Positions 51,701-64,000 of a stretch of 64,000 bases of DNA are shown here, one piece after another. The notes below the pieces were generated by a model that searched no databases, was not told the DNA's origin, and worked only from the letters and a program-made list of their open reading frames with translations. The first letter of the stretch is position 1; the number at the start of each line of letters is the position of its first letter. Origin of the DNA: Scyliorhinus canicula (taxonomy: Eukaryota); contig NC_052171.1 in NCBI RefSeq assembly GCF_902713615.1, positions 16,961,952-17,025,951 of the forward strand, written 5' to 3'. Both the position numbers and the translations under genes were made by a program.

Positions 51701-53637
51701 CAAATGATCTGCTCCTGCTCTCGAAGTTTCTTTATTGTAATCTGGACAGCGACTTGAGGGGGCTGGGGTGGGAGGGCATAGGAACTGAACCCAGTGCACT
51801 CCAGAGCGCAGGTCACTGGATAAGGATTTGGGAACATGAATCTTGGCTTCCTCTACCCAACTCCTGTGAGCAAAGACATTATTTATTAACTCCACTGATT
51901 GTTGCTCCCTAATTGGAGGAGTCTTGACCGAGTCCAGAGGGTTGAACAAGCCACTTGACATGCGTGTGGAGTTTGGAGGCAAAGTCTTTTTTTCTGGCAA
52001 CAAAATTCTGAAGAAAGGCAATTTGCATCAATGGTTTGATTGCTGCTGGCGGCCATTCCTTCAGCTGCCTTGGCTTAGCTCTGGAATCTCCTTCGTCAAT
52101 CCTTGGGGCACCTCCACCTCTCCTCCTTTTTAAGATGTTGCTAAAAGTCCAAGTTTCTGGTCACTTCATGTCTTCTCATATGGCCAGGTGTGCAGGTTTG
52201 CTTGATAATGTTCCTCTGAAACGCCCTGGGGATGTTTCAGTGTGTCAAAGGTGTCCCGTGAAGACATGTTGTCGTTGCTTTTAGAATCTGCCGTTTGATC
52301 TTGGTTTTGCTGTATTTTGTGGGAGGGAGTGGGCCTCAAACCCACGATCTCATTGGGATATTTGTGGGTCCGGGTTGAGGCAGCCTCCATAGCACCTTTC
52401 CTGACCTTTGCATGTCTAATCAGTACTTTACGGCCAATTGAGTATTTCCGTTTTAAAGTAAGTGTGAAATGTGAGAGCCAATTTGCTCTCAGCAAGCTCC
52501 CACAAACAGCCATGAGGTAGTGACCGGAGAGTCTGTTCTTGAATTGGAGCCCAGGGTGACCTCCTCAAATCCTCTTCAAAATAGGACAGTGGCATCTTTT
52601 GTTCACGCCCGAGAGGGAAGACGGGGGTCTCAGTTTAATGCCTCATCTGGAAGATAACGCCCTTGGATTTTGGTAGGGCTGGGGGAAAAAATGAAGATCC
52701 CTGTGCACCGGTCGTGCTGTGGCACGTGCCAGCCAAGGGCAGAGCAGACTGGTAAAACATTCAGATGTCGATGGTGACATCATGACGGTTTGAGGAGGTA
52801 CAGCGGGAAATTGAGCTTCTCTGCCAACATACCTTGAAGGTAAAATTGGTGCTTCTGGTGTTAAATTAAGGGCAAGTGCAGGGAAGCAGAAAATAAATCA
52901 TTCCAAAAAAAATCGGAGGGTTGCGTGTTTATTGTATGCAGTATCTCGCCAGAAATCTGAAGGTCAGAGGAAATTTTCTCCAGCTCCGTCTACCAGAACC
53001 CGGGGAGTAGGAAACACAGGTGTTTCAAGGTGAGGGAGGGCTGCTTCACTGCAAAGTGAATTACGTGGCCCAGAAAGATCATAGCTTGTCCCCCTCCCCC
53101 ACCCTGTCTGAGCCGAACATCGCTACCTGCTGCTGAATGAGTTAGTTCCAGAGTGATGATGCGTGGGGCCCCTGGGCTAGTGAGGGGGCCACTCCGCTTT
53201 GCTTCTGATCCCTGCCCATGATTCCTGGCATGAGTGAGCATTGGCGAGGGCAGCTCTGGGCTTCGCCGTGATGCCCCTTGCTGGGCAAATTACCAGCTGC
53301 TGCTGATTGCCTTGGCTCCTGTGTCAAAATGGCCCACTTGGATCAGCTGTTGTCCAGGGACTAGATTCTTTGTCACCACCGTCCCCCCGTCCCAGCCACT
53401 TCAGAACTCTTATCCATGTGGTCAAACCCCTCCTTAGCCTCTGCCCTCCGTTTAGGCCACCTCCTTCAGATCTCTCAAACTCCCAAGAGCATTTCCCTCT
53501 TCCATCTCTGGCCTCTTTTGAGTAAACCCCAATTTCTCTGACCCAGTGTTGGTGGCTGTGCTTTCAGCTTCTCGCCCCTAAGATCTGGGATTCTTACCCG
53601 TCAGGCCCTCTGTCCCTTCCCCAAACATCTCTTTAAA

Positions 53638-53985
53638 GGGCAGCGCGGTAGCATGCTGGTTAGCATCAATGCTTCACAGCTCCAGGGTCCCAGGTTCGAT
53701 TCCCGGCTGGGTCACTGTCTGTGTGGAGTCTGCACGTCCTCCCCGTGTGTGCGTGGGTTTCCTCCGGGTGCTCCGGTTTCCTCCCACATTCCAAAGATGT
53801 GCGGGTTAGGTGGATTGGTCATGCTAAATTGCCCGTAGTGTCCTAAAAAAGTAAGGTTAGGGGGGGGGGGGTTGTTGGGTTACGGGTATAGGGTGGATAC
53901 GTGAGTTTGAGGAGGGTGATCATTGCTCGGCACAACATCGAGGGCCGAAGGGCCTGTTCTGTGCTGTTGTATGTTCTATGTTCTA
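53638..53985 (+). mobile_element. HE1-type V-SINE
   Basis: Near-identical to 7267-7612. Confidence 0.85.
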
Positions 53986-54002
53986 AAACTCGGCTGAACA
54001 GC

Positions 54003-54155
54003 TGGCTTAGCACAGTGGGCTAGAACAAGGCCAGCAGCGCGGGTTCAATTCCTGTACCGGCCTCTCCGAGCAGGTGCCGGAATGTGTCGACTAGGGGCTT
54101 TTCACAGTAACTTCATTGAAACCTACTTGTGACAATAAGCTATTATTATTATTAT
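54003..54155 (+). mobile_element. tRNA SINE, family of 26565-26755
   Basis: Shared GGAATGTG.CGACTAGGGGCTTTTCACAGTAAC tail. Confidence 0.75.
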
Positions 54156-56454
54156 ATTTATTAACTCCTGTAAAGCACCTCTGGATGCTTCACTACAAGG
54201 TGCTCGATAAATATAAATTACTGACAGATCTCCTCTGCTTGAATAATTTTGACACCATCCAGTGCAGTTTCCCCACTCAGCCACTGAGCGAGGTTATAAC
54301 AACACCTACTCAATCGTAAACCATTTCCATCGATTAGACCTGGAATACTGGGCCCAGAGGTCCCAGTCCCTAACTCCTCTGGATTGGACTACGGACTACG
54401 TTCCATCTGCTCGGGTACAAATAACCTAGTTATCTCAAATGAAGCAACGGGGAGCTCTTGCAACAGAAGTAATCAGCGTTTGACATCACAGCCAAGGTCA
54501 TGCAGCCTAAATTTAGGGCCTTAAAATGAAGGTTTGGTAGTGTTTACAATAAAACATAGAACTTCCTGTGCTAAAGTTGCTGAAAATGCCTGCATTATAC
54601 TGAGCTGCCAGCACTGGATAAATTCTTGGTGTGAGATTTTCACTTGTCAGCAAACCGCTCGAGACATACATCGGAGCCAAAAACCTTTTAATAGCAGCAA
54701 ATGTGGCAGCCACATGAGATTTAAAAGGGAGTCGGTGCTTATTTAGAATGGAAGAGTTAATCAGATAAAGGCAAGTTGTGTTTCAGGATTTTTTACGACA
54801 TGTTGTTGGAAGATTTGCCTGTTTAGGTTGATGAGGGGTCTATAATAAACCAAAGAAGGTGTTTGAAAAGGTGTCCCACAGAAGGCTTCTTGCAAAAGCT
54901 CAGGCATATGGCATGAGGGCAAATGTAACAGCACGGAGAGAAAGTTGGCTGGCACACAGGAAACCCAATCCCAGTAAATGGGTATTGTGCGGAACAGTTG
55001 AAAGAAAGGAAGGACGAACGAACTTGCATTTGTATAGCGCCTTTCACAACTTCTTTTGCTTTGCAGCCACTAAAATACTTTTTCAAGTGTACTTTACTGC
55101 TGTACTGTAGTAAGTGCGGTAGCAAGTTTGCACACAGGAAGCTCCCACAGACACCTGTGTGGTAAAAGGGTGAAACGGTGGCAAAGTCACAGTATCACGG
55201 GACTGGTAATCCAGAGGCCCGGGCGATGGTCTGAGCAAATGGGTTCAAAGCCACTGCATTTCGACTCGTGGAATTTGAATTCCGTCCATAAAAACTAGTA
55301 ATTCCGAGCTGGCCTGGGTGAGAGCAACCACCGTTGTCGTCCGAGTTAAACACCCACCTGCTTGACCAGAGCCATTTGGGGAAGGGAATCTGCCATCCTT
55401 GCTTGGTCTGGCCTACCTTCTGTGACCTGTTTGGGTCGGTCCACTTGTGTTGGCAACTTCCAGAGGTGGAGACAATTCCACCAGAGGGGTGGCAGGGACG
55501 AGGCCGAAGCTGTTCGCACCTGATGCCAAGAGGACCCGGAGTGAAATAGTCAGATAGGTAACGCATCCTAATTCAGCTTTGAGAAGTGTCACGGTTCAGT
55601 GCATAGGGAGGAAATGAGCAGGAAGACCAAGAGGTTTAAATACAAATTCCCTGCCATTCGAAAGCAACACAAATTGCACGTGGATGAACAGGCAAATGTT
55701 ACTTCAAATACAAAGGTAAATTTCACTTTCAACAGTCACTGCAACAGATTCATTTTACTTAACCACGAGCGTTTGCGTCATTTCCCACACAATTGTGGCA
55801 TTACATTGCTGCACAGTTCCACAAAATGCTGTTCTTTATTCATGCAGAGGGTAGGTCAGGAGTCCTCTCTGTCAGCCTCTGAATTTCACAGGTACAATTC
55901 TCATCAGCGCAATTGCATGAAGCCTTTCTCCCTCAAGTCACATCAGTCCTGGTGATGTGGATTCCCAGAGTTCATTTTCAACTCATCAACCAGTAATGTC
56001 CCAGTTCTCCGTTTAGCCACTTCCGCGAAAACACCCAGCTCTTCAGTGTCTTCAACCTATTCACACAGTGTACCAGGTTTTAAACCTATTTAGCCAGCTC
56101 AAGAGCTCCTGGGTCCCGTTCTGCTGAACAGAAAAACTGAATGATTGGGTTCTTTTCCTGACAAGAATTCTCTGTTCTTCCTGTGCCTTTCTGCGTTCTG
56201 TTGTGTCTGTATCTGCGCACTGATCACCTTCTGCTTATATCTGCAGCTCTCGTTTGTGTTTGCGAGGTTTTACGTATTTGGATAATGACACTCTGGAACA
56301 CTTGTTAAGTGAATTCTGGTGTGTTCTCTCTCTCATCCCTGCTGGTTCACTGTTTCTCCCTCTATCTTGCATTACATCTCTTCCTTGCATACATTACTAC
56401 AGCAGAGCTCCAGGAGAGTCAAAGGAGCAAATATATAACGCAAGCCACACAGCT

Positions 56455-57235
56455 TTTAGAACATAGAACAGCACAGTACAGGCCTTTCGGCCCATTTGCA
56501 TGAAGCCTTTCTCCCTCAAGTTATATCAGTCCTGATGATTCGGCCCATTTATCCTAATCTAAGATCAACCTAACCTACACCCCTTCAATTTACTGCTGTC
56601 CATGTGCCTGTCCAAGACTCGCTTAAAAGTCCCCAATGACTCTGACTCCACCACCTCTGCTGACAGTGCATTCCACACACCCACCACTCTCTGGGTAAAT
56701 AACCTACCTCTGACAGCTCCTCTATACCTTCCTCCAATCACCTTTAAATTATGTCCCCTTGTGACAGCCATTTCCACTCTGGGGAAAAGTCTCTGGCTAT
56801 CCACTCTATCCATGCTTCTTATTACCTTGTACTCCTCAATCAAGTCACCTCTCTTCCTTCTTCGCTCCAGTGAGAAAAGCCCTGGCTCCCTCAACCTTTC
56901 TTCATAAGACATGCCCTCCATTCCAGGCAGCATCTTGGTAAATCCCCTCTGTACCCTCTCCAAAGCATCCACATCCTTCCTATAATGAGGCGACCAGAAC
57001 TGGACACAATATTCCAAGTGTGGTCTAACTTGGGTTTTGTAAAGCAGCAGCAAAACCTCGCGGCTCTTAAACTCAATCCCCCGTTAATGAAAGCCAACAT
57101 ACCATACGCCTTAACTACCCTATCAACCTGGGTGGCAACTTTGAGGGATCTATGTACGTGGACCCCAAGATCCCTCTGTTTCTCCACACTTCCAAGAATC
57201 CTGCCTTTAACCCTGTATTCAGCATTCAAATTTGA
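56455..57235 (-). mobile_element. CR1 3' fragment
   Basis: ORF 56565-57053 RPHLEYCVQFWSPHYRKDVDALERVQ. Confidence 0.88.
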
Positions 57236-58779
57236 CTTTCTCAGCTGTTTTTCTGTTGGTACTGTTTCCAGGTCACGTGGACCAGTATTTCTTCTGACCC
57301 AAGAAAGGTTCCAGTGATGACTTTAGAACTGATGCACAATTGAAGTAATTTTCAAATATTCGTAAAAATAATTACAGATTCCACAAGACCTTTCAAAATG
57401 ACCTATTTTCTGAGTCACAACAAAGTATTCTTGAAGTGTAGTTACTGTTGTGACATGGGAAATGCAGCAGCCAGTTTCCGCACAGCATGATCCCACAAAC
57501 AGCAATGTGATAATGACCAGATGATACCATTTTAGTGATGTTGGTTGAGGGGATGGTTCTTGGTCACAGGCAATTGGGTCTTTAAACTGCTCAGGGGCTC
57601 AGCACCTCTGCCTCCCTCAGTTCATGCTCCAATTCTAATTCCTCCCAATACTTCCAAAGCAATAATAGTAAAATTGTACAAGGATGTTCATTGTTGGGAG
57701 ACCCCGCTATCGGCAGGCTAGGGAGGTTGTAGAACGCGTAAAGCTTGGGTTCAAAGTGTTGCTCAAGATAGTGCTTAGTTACGAGTGGAGATGTGAGGTG
57801 CAGGGACCTGGAGGTTTATATAATTGGTTCTGGGTTTTGGGAAGTTGAATCGGCAAGGACGATTCTTTAGTTTATGACTCAAATGAGGGGTCACTAACGC
57901 TAGAAAGGCATTGAGGAGAGTGGTTCTTGGCCATCTGCTTAGCAACAATGGACCCCTGTGATGTATCAATCTCTGATCTGCCCTGCATGTCTCTCTCCAT
58001 AGCCTTGTCTCTCACTTGCTTCAAATATACTTCTACCCATTCTATTTTAAATAGAACGATGCAATTTGGTTTGATTTTATTTTGTTGCAACAAATTGCCG
58101 GTAAAGGCACAATGTGTCGAGTAGGCTGCTTTTGGTGTTTGGCTTCCTTCGCGAGCAAGCCACGTGTGCTGTTGGATTCCTGCATTGGTTCTCACTTCCA
58201 GGGGAGTTAGTCAGGCAAAGCTATGGAGGCACAGTGGTTTGTTCCGGTGTGAAAGAGTCAACTGCAGGATCAGTCAGGGCTAAGACCCCAATAGGTGAAT
58301 GCCCCACTCCCATCGTGATGGCTTTCCTTTTTGCCTCTTCAGGTAGAGCTGACAAAGCGAAGCACTGCATCCCGTTGCCACTAATACTTGGCTATTTCCT
58401 GGACCTGCAGGCAGGCTGCACGGCATTCAGGCCAGAATCGAGCTTGGACTGGATTGAGCATAATCTTCGGAACTGGGCCTAACATTTCTGGCCTAACATT
58501 TCTGCAAGACAGTATGGGAAATGTGTCCTGTGACTAGTCACAGGAAGGAGTGAGGGTTAGACTCCCACATGGGAGGAAGCCATTAAATCCCTCAAACTTC
58601 TACCACCTTTTGCCTTTCTAAGGATTTCCTAATTTTATTTCAGGAAGGCGGACTCGGCCTGATTTTTATACCGTACCCCTTGCGTTCAACGCGATCCCCG
58701 AGCAGGGAAATGATTGCTTTCAATCTACCCCATTGGTTCCTCTGTTGAGAAAACGCCGAGAGATCAGGCCATCCGAGAC

Positions 58780-59150
58780 TGGGGACTGTGCGATGAGAAA
58801 GAAATCATTGGCAATCTAGTTGTGTTGCATGTGGCTGAGCGGGCAGAACATGGTGGAATTTTTCATCAAGGTGGAGAGTGGTATAGCTGATTCTGAGGCC
58901 AGGGTCCTGAATCTTAATAAAGGAAACTACGACAATATGAGGCGCAAGTGGGCTGTGATAGGTTTGGAAACGTTACTGAAAGGAATGATGGTGGACAGAC
59001 AATGCCAAACATTCAAGGAGTGCATGAATGTCTAGAGCAGAAGTAAAACTGCAAAGTTTACCGTGTGATGGTTTCCAAGGGAAATTAGAGATAGTATCAG
59101 ATCCATGGAAGAAGCATACAGGTTGACCAAGTGATTTTGGCCAGGATAAA
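58780..59150 (+). mobile_element. CR1 APE-linker fragment
   Basis: NMVEFFIKVES..VLNLNKGNYDNMRR, homologous to 25829-26065. Confidence 0.75.
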
Positions 59151-59400
59151 CCACAAGAGAAAATACTGGACAATCTCAGCAGGCCTGAACTGTGGAGAGA
59201 TCTATCACTGGCCCTCTATCCAGCCCCCTCTCCTCAACATTATCAATCTGACCCTGTTTTCAGTTCTCCAGCTTTGACAGAGTTTCCAGACTGGAAACGT
59301 CAGCTCCCTTCTCTCTCCACAGATGCTGTCAGACCTGCTGAGATTGTCCAGTATTTTCTGTTTTCGTTTCAGATTCCAGCATCCGGAGACATTTGCTCTT
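59150..59400 (+). mobile_element. Penelope-derived element with partial inverted arms and a degenerate hammerhead (59270-59305)
   Basis: GAAAATACTGGACAATCTCAGCAGG ... CCTGCTGAGATTGTCCAGTATTTTC inverted pair. Confidence 0.6.
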
Positions 59401-59619
59401 ATGATTATGGCTGGGATGAACATTGCCCAGGAGATATCCTTGCTCTGCTCAGATTCAAACTTGCCCTGAGATCTTTATTATTCACCCCCGAGCGGACTGT
59501 TCTCTCGTTTAACGCCTCGCGTGAAACATCCACTCCCTCAGTGTTGCACTGGAGTATTAATCTGGATTCTTTGCCCAAGTGTCTGGAGTAGGTTTCGGGA
59601 TCATGTCTCACTTGAATGA

Positions 59620-60348
59620 GAGTGATTAAGTTGCAAGAGGATACAATTCGCTCAACCAGGTGCATACTGCCTCTCTGCAGAGTGACCCAGTCCGTCCTGT
59701 TTCGTCCTGCTCTATCTCCATAGCCTGATAAGTTTATTTCCCTGAAGCACCCATCCAATTTCCTTTTGAAATCACTGATTTTTCACCAACTTGGTAGGCA
59801 GTGAGTCCCAGGCCATTGTCTCGCACTGCAAGAACAAGTGCTCCCTCACATCCCGCCAATGCCTTAAATCTGTGCCCCTGAACCCTCGCACCTGCAACGA
59901 ATTGGAACAACTTTTCTTTGTCGACCTTCTGTAAATCTGCCACAATCTTGGACGCTACCAAAAGTCTTTTCCAAGGGGAATAACTCCAGCTTCTCCAACC
60001 TAACCTTGTGCTTCAGATCACTCATCAGCGGAATGATTCTAGTGAATCTCCTCTCGAGGACCACTTACGGCGAGGCCACAGCTGGGGTACTGTGTTCAGT
60101 TCTGGTCACTGCACTAACTATGTGAAGGAGAGGAGGGTGCAGAGGAGATTTACCAGAATGTTGCCCAGGATGGAACATTTTCGCTGTGAAGAGAGGCTGG
60201 ATAAATTCAAGTTGTTTTCTTTGGAGCTGAGAGGGCACCTGATAGATGTGTATAAGGTTATGAGAGGCAATGGGTACAGGGTGGATCAAAACAGCTGTTC
60301 CCCAAGGGTCAATAATCAAGGGGGCATAATTTTACGATGAAAGGAAAT

Positions 60349-60384
<36 letters not shown>

Positions 60385-60600
60385 CCCTCCCCAGAGGGTG
60401 CTGGGAATGTGGAATGCACTGCCCTGGGAGGGTCGTTGAGGCACAACCTTTAACAAGTCCTTAGATAAGCATTTGATGTCAGAACATTCAAGGCTATGGG
60501 CCATGTGCTGGGCAATGGGATTAATGTAGATTTAGTCATTTTTTGCCGGTGTAGATGATGGGCTGAAGGGCCTCTTCTGTTCGGTATGATTCTGTGTATG
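59620..60600. mobile_element. Two divergent CR1 3' fragments (minus 59620-60060, plus 60065-60600)
   Basis: Both encode RRFTR..P..RL..L.LF.LE. Confidence 0.7.
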
Positions 60601-61960
60601 ATTCACTTTGGAAAGTGGGGCAACCCATACTGGACACGCTGCTCCAGCTGTGGCCTCATCAGGGCTTCATGATGAGAGCGCTGCCACGTTGAGTCACGTT
60701 GCTCCTGTGGAGTCGTTGCCTCCCTGAGCAGACGTTAAGGTCAGCCCTTGTCCAGCGTCACCCTGGAAGTAGAATTTATTGCCTTTTCATCTGAGTATCT
60801 TGTTCCCAATGACTGCAGTCTCTATTAGCTCTGTCACTCCTGGCTTGCTTCAAAGATATGTCTTCAGAGGTTTGAAAGTTAAATTAGTGGTTAGGAAGCT
60901 GAAACAGGGTGGGGGTGGGGGGGGGTTACCATTGGCCTGGGCAAAGGCCCTGTTTGGGTGGGGGCAGGAGGTAAATAAAGCAGGATATTTGGCAGGTTCT
61001 GTGTTTCTGATCAGAATTATATCAGTTCCTGACCACCTCACCCCCTTCCCCCTTTACAAAAAGCTGTTCATAATCCGCACTATCCCTCTGGCCATGGTAA
61101 AACAGCCCGTTGATAATCACAGAATATACTTGTACGTCAAGAATGGGTGAGGTATCAGATCATGCTGGCTGCTTGTGTAACCATAACATAAGGATAAGGT
61201 TACAGCACAGAGGAGGTCAGTTCAGCTCATCCCACTCTGGCGTCCTCTCCCCAGGTGCTTAATTCCCGTTGCCCAGATTCAACCTGCCTCCGCCACACAC
61301 TCTCCACTGTTACCCAGGCAATTAAAAGACGAAAAGAAAATAGTGTGCACCTTCGGCAAGTGTACAAGGGTGGAATCTGCAGAAGAGGCTGCGTGAGAAG
61401 TGCTGGAGTCATTGCTCCTGTTGGAAGAGAGCTGGCCGGTGTTGGGTTCTTTTTCTTCATGCTCTGTAACCTCTTCACAAACTCTGCCAGATTCTATTCT
61501 TCACCAGTGACTCAGCCACTTTGCTCTGTGTCAGAGGGTGCATTTCACAGTGTGCTGTATGATGCTCCCTTTCCATTCATTTCCCACCGTCTGCGCATCG
61601 CATCATTCAGGTGGTGGCATAGTGGTATTGTCCCTGGGCTAGTAATGCAGACACCTAAGCTACTTCCCTGAGCACCGAGGTTCGAATCCCAACATGGCAA
61701 ATGGTGCAGTTTGAGTTCAACAATAATCTGGAACTAAAATTCTGATGATGGCCATTGATGTCGTAAAAAAACTTAGCATGTCTTTCAGGGAAGGAAATGC
61801 CGTCCTTATCTAGTCTGGCCCTAATGTGATTCTAGATCCACAGCAGTATGGCCCTGTGAAATGATCCAGCAAGCCACTCAATTCGAGGGCAATTAGGGAT
61901 GGAAATTAAAATGCTGGCCCAGCCAGTGATGCCCACAATCCCGTGGATGAATACAAAAAA

Positions 61961-62320
61961 GGGCGGCACGGTAGCGCAGTGGCCAGAACTGTTTCCTCAC
62001 AGCGCCAGGGTCCCGGGTTCCGTTCCAGCCTCGGGTCACTGTGTGGAGTTTGCACATTCTTCCCAGGTCTCACCCCCCCACAACCCAAAAATGTGCAAGG
62101 CAGGTGGATTGGCCGCACTAAATTCGCTGTGTCTGCTTGGGCTTCCTCCGGGTGCTCCGGTTTCCTCCCACAGTCCAAAGATGTGCAGGCTGGTTGCAGT
62201 TACGCCCTGGTGTCCAGAGACGTGAAGGTTAGGTGGGGTTGTGGGGACAGAGTGGGCCTCGATCGGGTGCTCTTTTGGAGGGTCGGTGCAGAGCCAAATG
62301 GCCTCTTCCTGCGCTTCAGA
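61961..62320 (+). mobile_element. Composite V-domain SINE
   Basis: Short-form head fused to a long-form V core and tail. Confidence 0.7.
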
Positions 62321-63135
62321 ATGGTTAACTTGTGTTCTCTCTCTCTCTAAGAGCAGCTCGTAGTTCCCCTTCCTCATCTTTCAGGCCTGCAATTTTACTC
62401 CATTATCAGATAATGATCTAGTTCTCTTTTTGAAGGCCATAATACTACCTTTGACAATCACGCTCTGAGGCAGCGCATTACAGATCCAAACCACTTGGTG
62501 TGTATCTTTTAAGAAAGCTTTTCCTCGTGTTGCAGCTGATTCTTTTCATTCACACGAAGGTGTCCTCTGGTTCGCAGTTTGGCAGCAGTTTCCCACTCTG
62601 CCTCGACCCCTTGTTATTTTGAACACGCAGACACTGAAAGGTGACCTGATGTGTGTCCTCGTGATGCTGACAGGGGTAGATGTGAGGAAGATGTTCCCGC
62701 TTGCAGGCGAGACCAGAGTTAAAGGCTGCAAATGGACGACCGCTCATCAATCTGACCGAGAATTTGGGATGAAGCTGATTGTCCACAGGTTGGGTTCTGT
62801 TATTGAGGAAAGTAAAAGTAACTGCGCACCCAGGAATTGACTCTTGCCATCCAGGCTCCCACGGGAGAAAAGGCCCATTTGCTGGACACATTGGGGAGCT
62901 TCAAGCATCCATGGACCTTGACCCCAAAAGTCAGCAATCCCAAGGGAGGAGAGGAAATAAAGAAAGTTTCCACCAAGAACGGTTTTGCTGTACACACTCC
63001 CCTTCAGGAATGTGATATCAGCGCTGCTTGGTTACATCTCAGTGAGTGGATTGTAACTTTTCTTGTGACCTCTGAATTGTTCCCATCTCCTTCCTCACTT
63101 TAATAGTTTCTTTTTTTCATGTTTTTCCTTTGCAG

Positions 63136-63226
63136 GAATGGACACACCCGTACGATACATTCAACATGCACTCATTGGAGAATTCCCTGATTGATATCTT
63201 ACAGAATGAACAGGAACCACTCAAAG
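63136..63226 (+). CDS. CPEB-like second coding exon (EWTHPYDTFNMHSLENSLIDILQNEQEPLK-G); gene continues beyond the window
   Basis: 91 nt, strong pyrimidine tract with GCAG acceptor, GTGAGT donor. HSLENSL motif is conserved in CPEB2/3/4. Confidence 0.9.
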
Positions 63227-63943
63227 GTGAGTTTCATGACCATCTTGCCTTGTGTATTCCTCCCGACCTGCATTTCCCCCCCCCCCTTAAAAAAAAAAGA
63301 AAGCTTGGTTGGACTGGATCTTCCTGGATGCTGGCCACTAATGGTTTGCCGGCTCTGTGTTCACACACGCCTTCCGATACCCATTTCACTGCAAGGTGAT
63401 GTACTGAACACGCAGGAAAGCTGAAGAAAGAGTTGCGCCCACATAGGGAGAAATGACTTGCATTCACGTAGCACCTTTCACATCCCCGTCATGTCCCCGA
63501 GAGATTTACAGCCGACCATGAAGCATGGCCATTTGTGCGCAGCAAGATCCCACCCTCAGCCAGTTAACCAGCTGTATTTCAGACTTTACCTCGTGGATTT
63601 GGCCTTGTGAAGTGTGGCGAGGTGGTGGCCGAGGGGAGCATTGTGGATCAGCAGTGTGAAACACTCATTTACAGCCAATGCCCGCACAGCCGCGCCACAA
63701 CTGAAAGCAAGGTGGCAGCTCGTAAAGCGAGGGTCAGCAATGGGGCTCGTGGTGGGGGTTTAATCCACAATTTTCTGACTTGACAGAGGAAGGTGGCAGC
63801 AGTCGGGCACAGTTGATTCCCCGTGGAGAAACCAAGTTGGAATGCAAACCGGATGTTGATGTTGCCTGCACGGACCTAGACCTTGCAAGAGAAGACCATT
63901 AGGTTTTCTGAAAAACAAAAGCCTGTCAAAGATTGTCTATTTA

Positions 63944-64000
63944 GGGCAGCAGGGTGGCGCAGTGGGTTAGCCCTGCTGCCTCACGGCGCCGAGGTCCCAG
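63944..64000 (+). mobile_element. SINE head, truncated by the window edge
   Basis: GGGCAGCAGGGTGGCGCAGTGGGTTAGC. Confidence 0.75.

Noticed and set aside
53184-53313. HDV/CPEB3-ribozyme look-alike (GGGGGCCAC start, UGCCCCU P1', GCUGG/CCAGC P4, AGGGCAG/UUGCCUU P2)
   Set aside because: P3/L3 cannot form with canonical spacing and P1.1 is missing. The segment also aligns with a decayed interspersed repeat seen elsewhere in the window.
58342-58482. Possible cassette exon in the CPEB intron (pyrimidine tract + CAG)
   Set aside because: In-frame stop in phase 0 and no similarity to known CPEB2-family cassette exons.
59620-60600. Possible third LINE inversion
   Set aside because: Both fragments cover the same C-terminal region and each has its own tail, so they are two independent insertions.
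63227-63399. Read-through extension of the CPEB-like exon resembling the CPEB3 alternative 5' splice extension
   Set aside because: The downstream AG|GT at 63395 is in phase 2 rather than phase 1, and the peptide is not homologous.

Overview
Eukaryotic, vertebrate genomic DNA. The repeat families (V-domain/HE1-type tRNA SINEs, CR1, RTE and Penelope-derived elements) point to a shark or other elasmobranch; this is an inference. Three intron-containing genes can be reconstructed from GT-AG boundaries. (1) A complete 11-exon centractin gene on the minus strand (ACTR1B-type, 376 aa, 16376->1043). (2) A complete 6-exon MARCHF5/MITOL-like E3 ligase on the plus strand (292 aa, 16762-31785), head-to-head with ACTR1B across a 385-bp CCAAT/NRF1-rich bidirectional promoter. 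(3) The first two coding exons of a divergent CPEB2/3/4-subfamily gene (48044-48772, 63136-63226), which continues beyond the window. The trio looks like the sister (ohnologous) block of the human chr10 ACTR1A/MARCHF5/CPEB3 region, so the CPEB gene may be a fourth CPEB2-subfamily paralogue that mammals lost. Notable non-coding signals are a ~198-bp palindrome carrying two back-to-back minimal hammerhead motifs with a compensatory U3-A8 core, two non-L1 LINE copies with twin-priming-like 5' inversions, two solo LTRs with target-site duplications (TSDs), a 2.25-kb modular GA/GC satellite, and a locally templated insertion. Almost all ORFs in the supplied track are repeat-derived or spurious.
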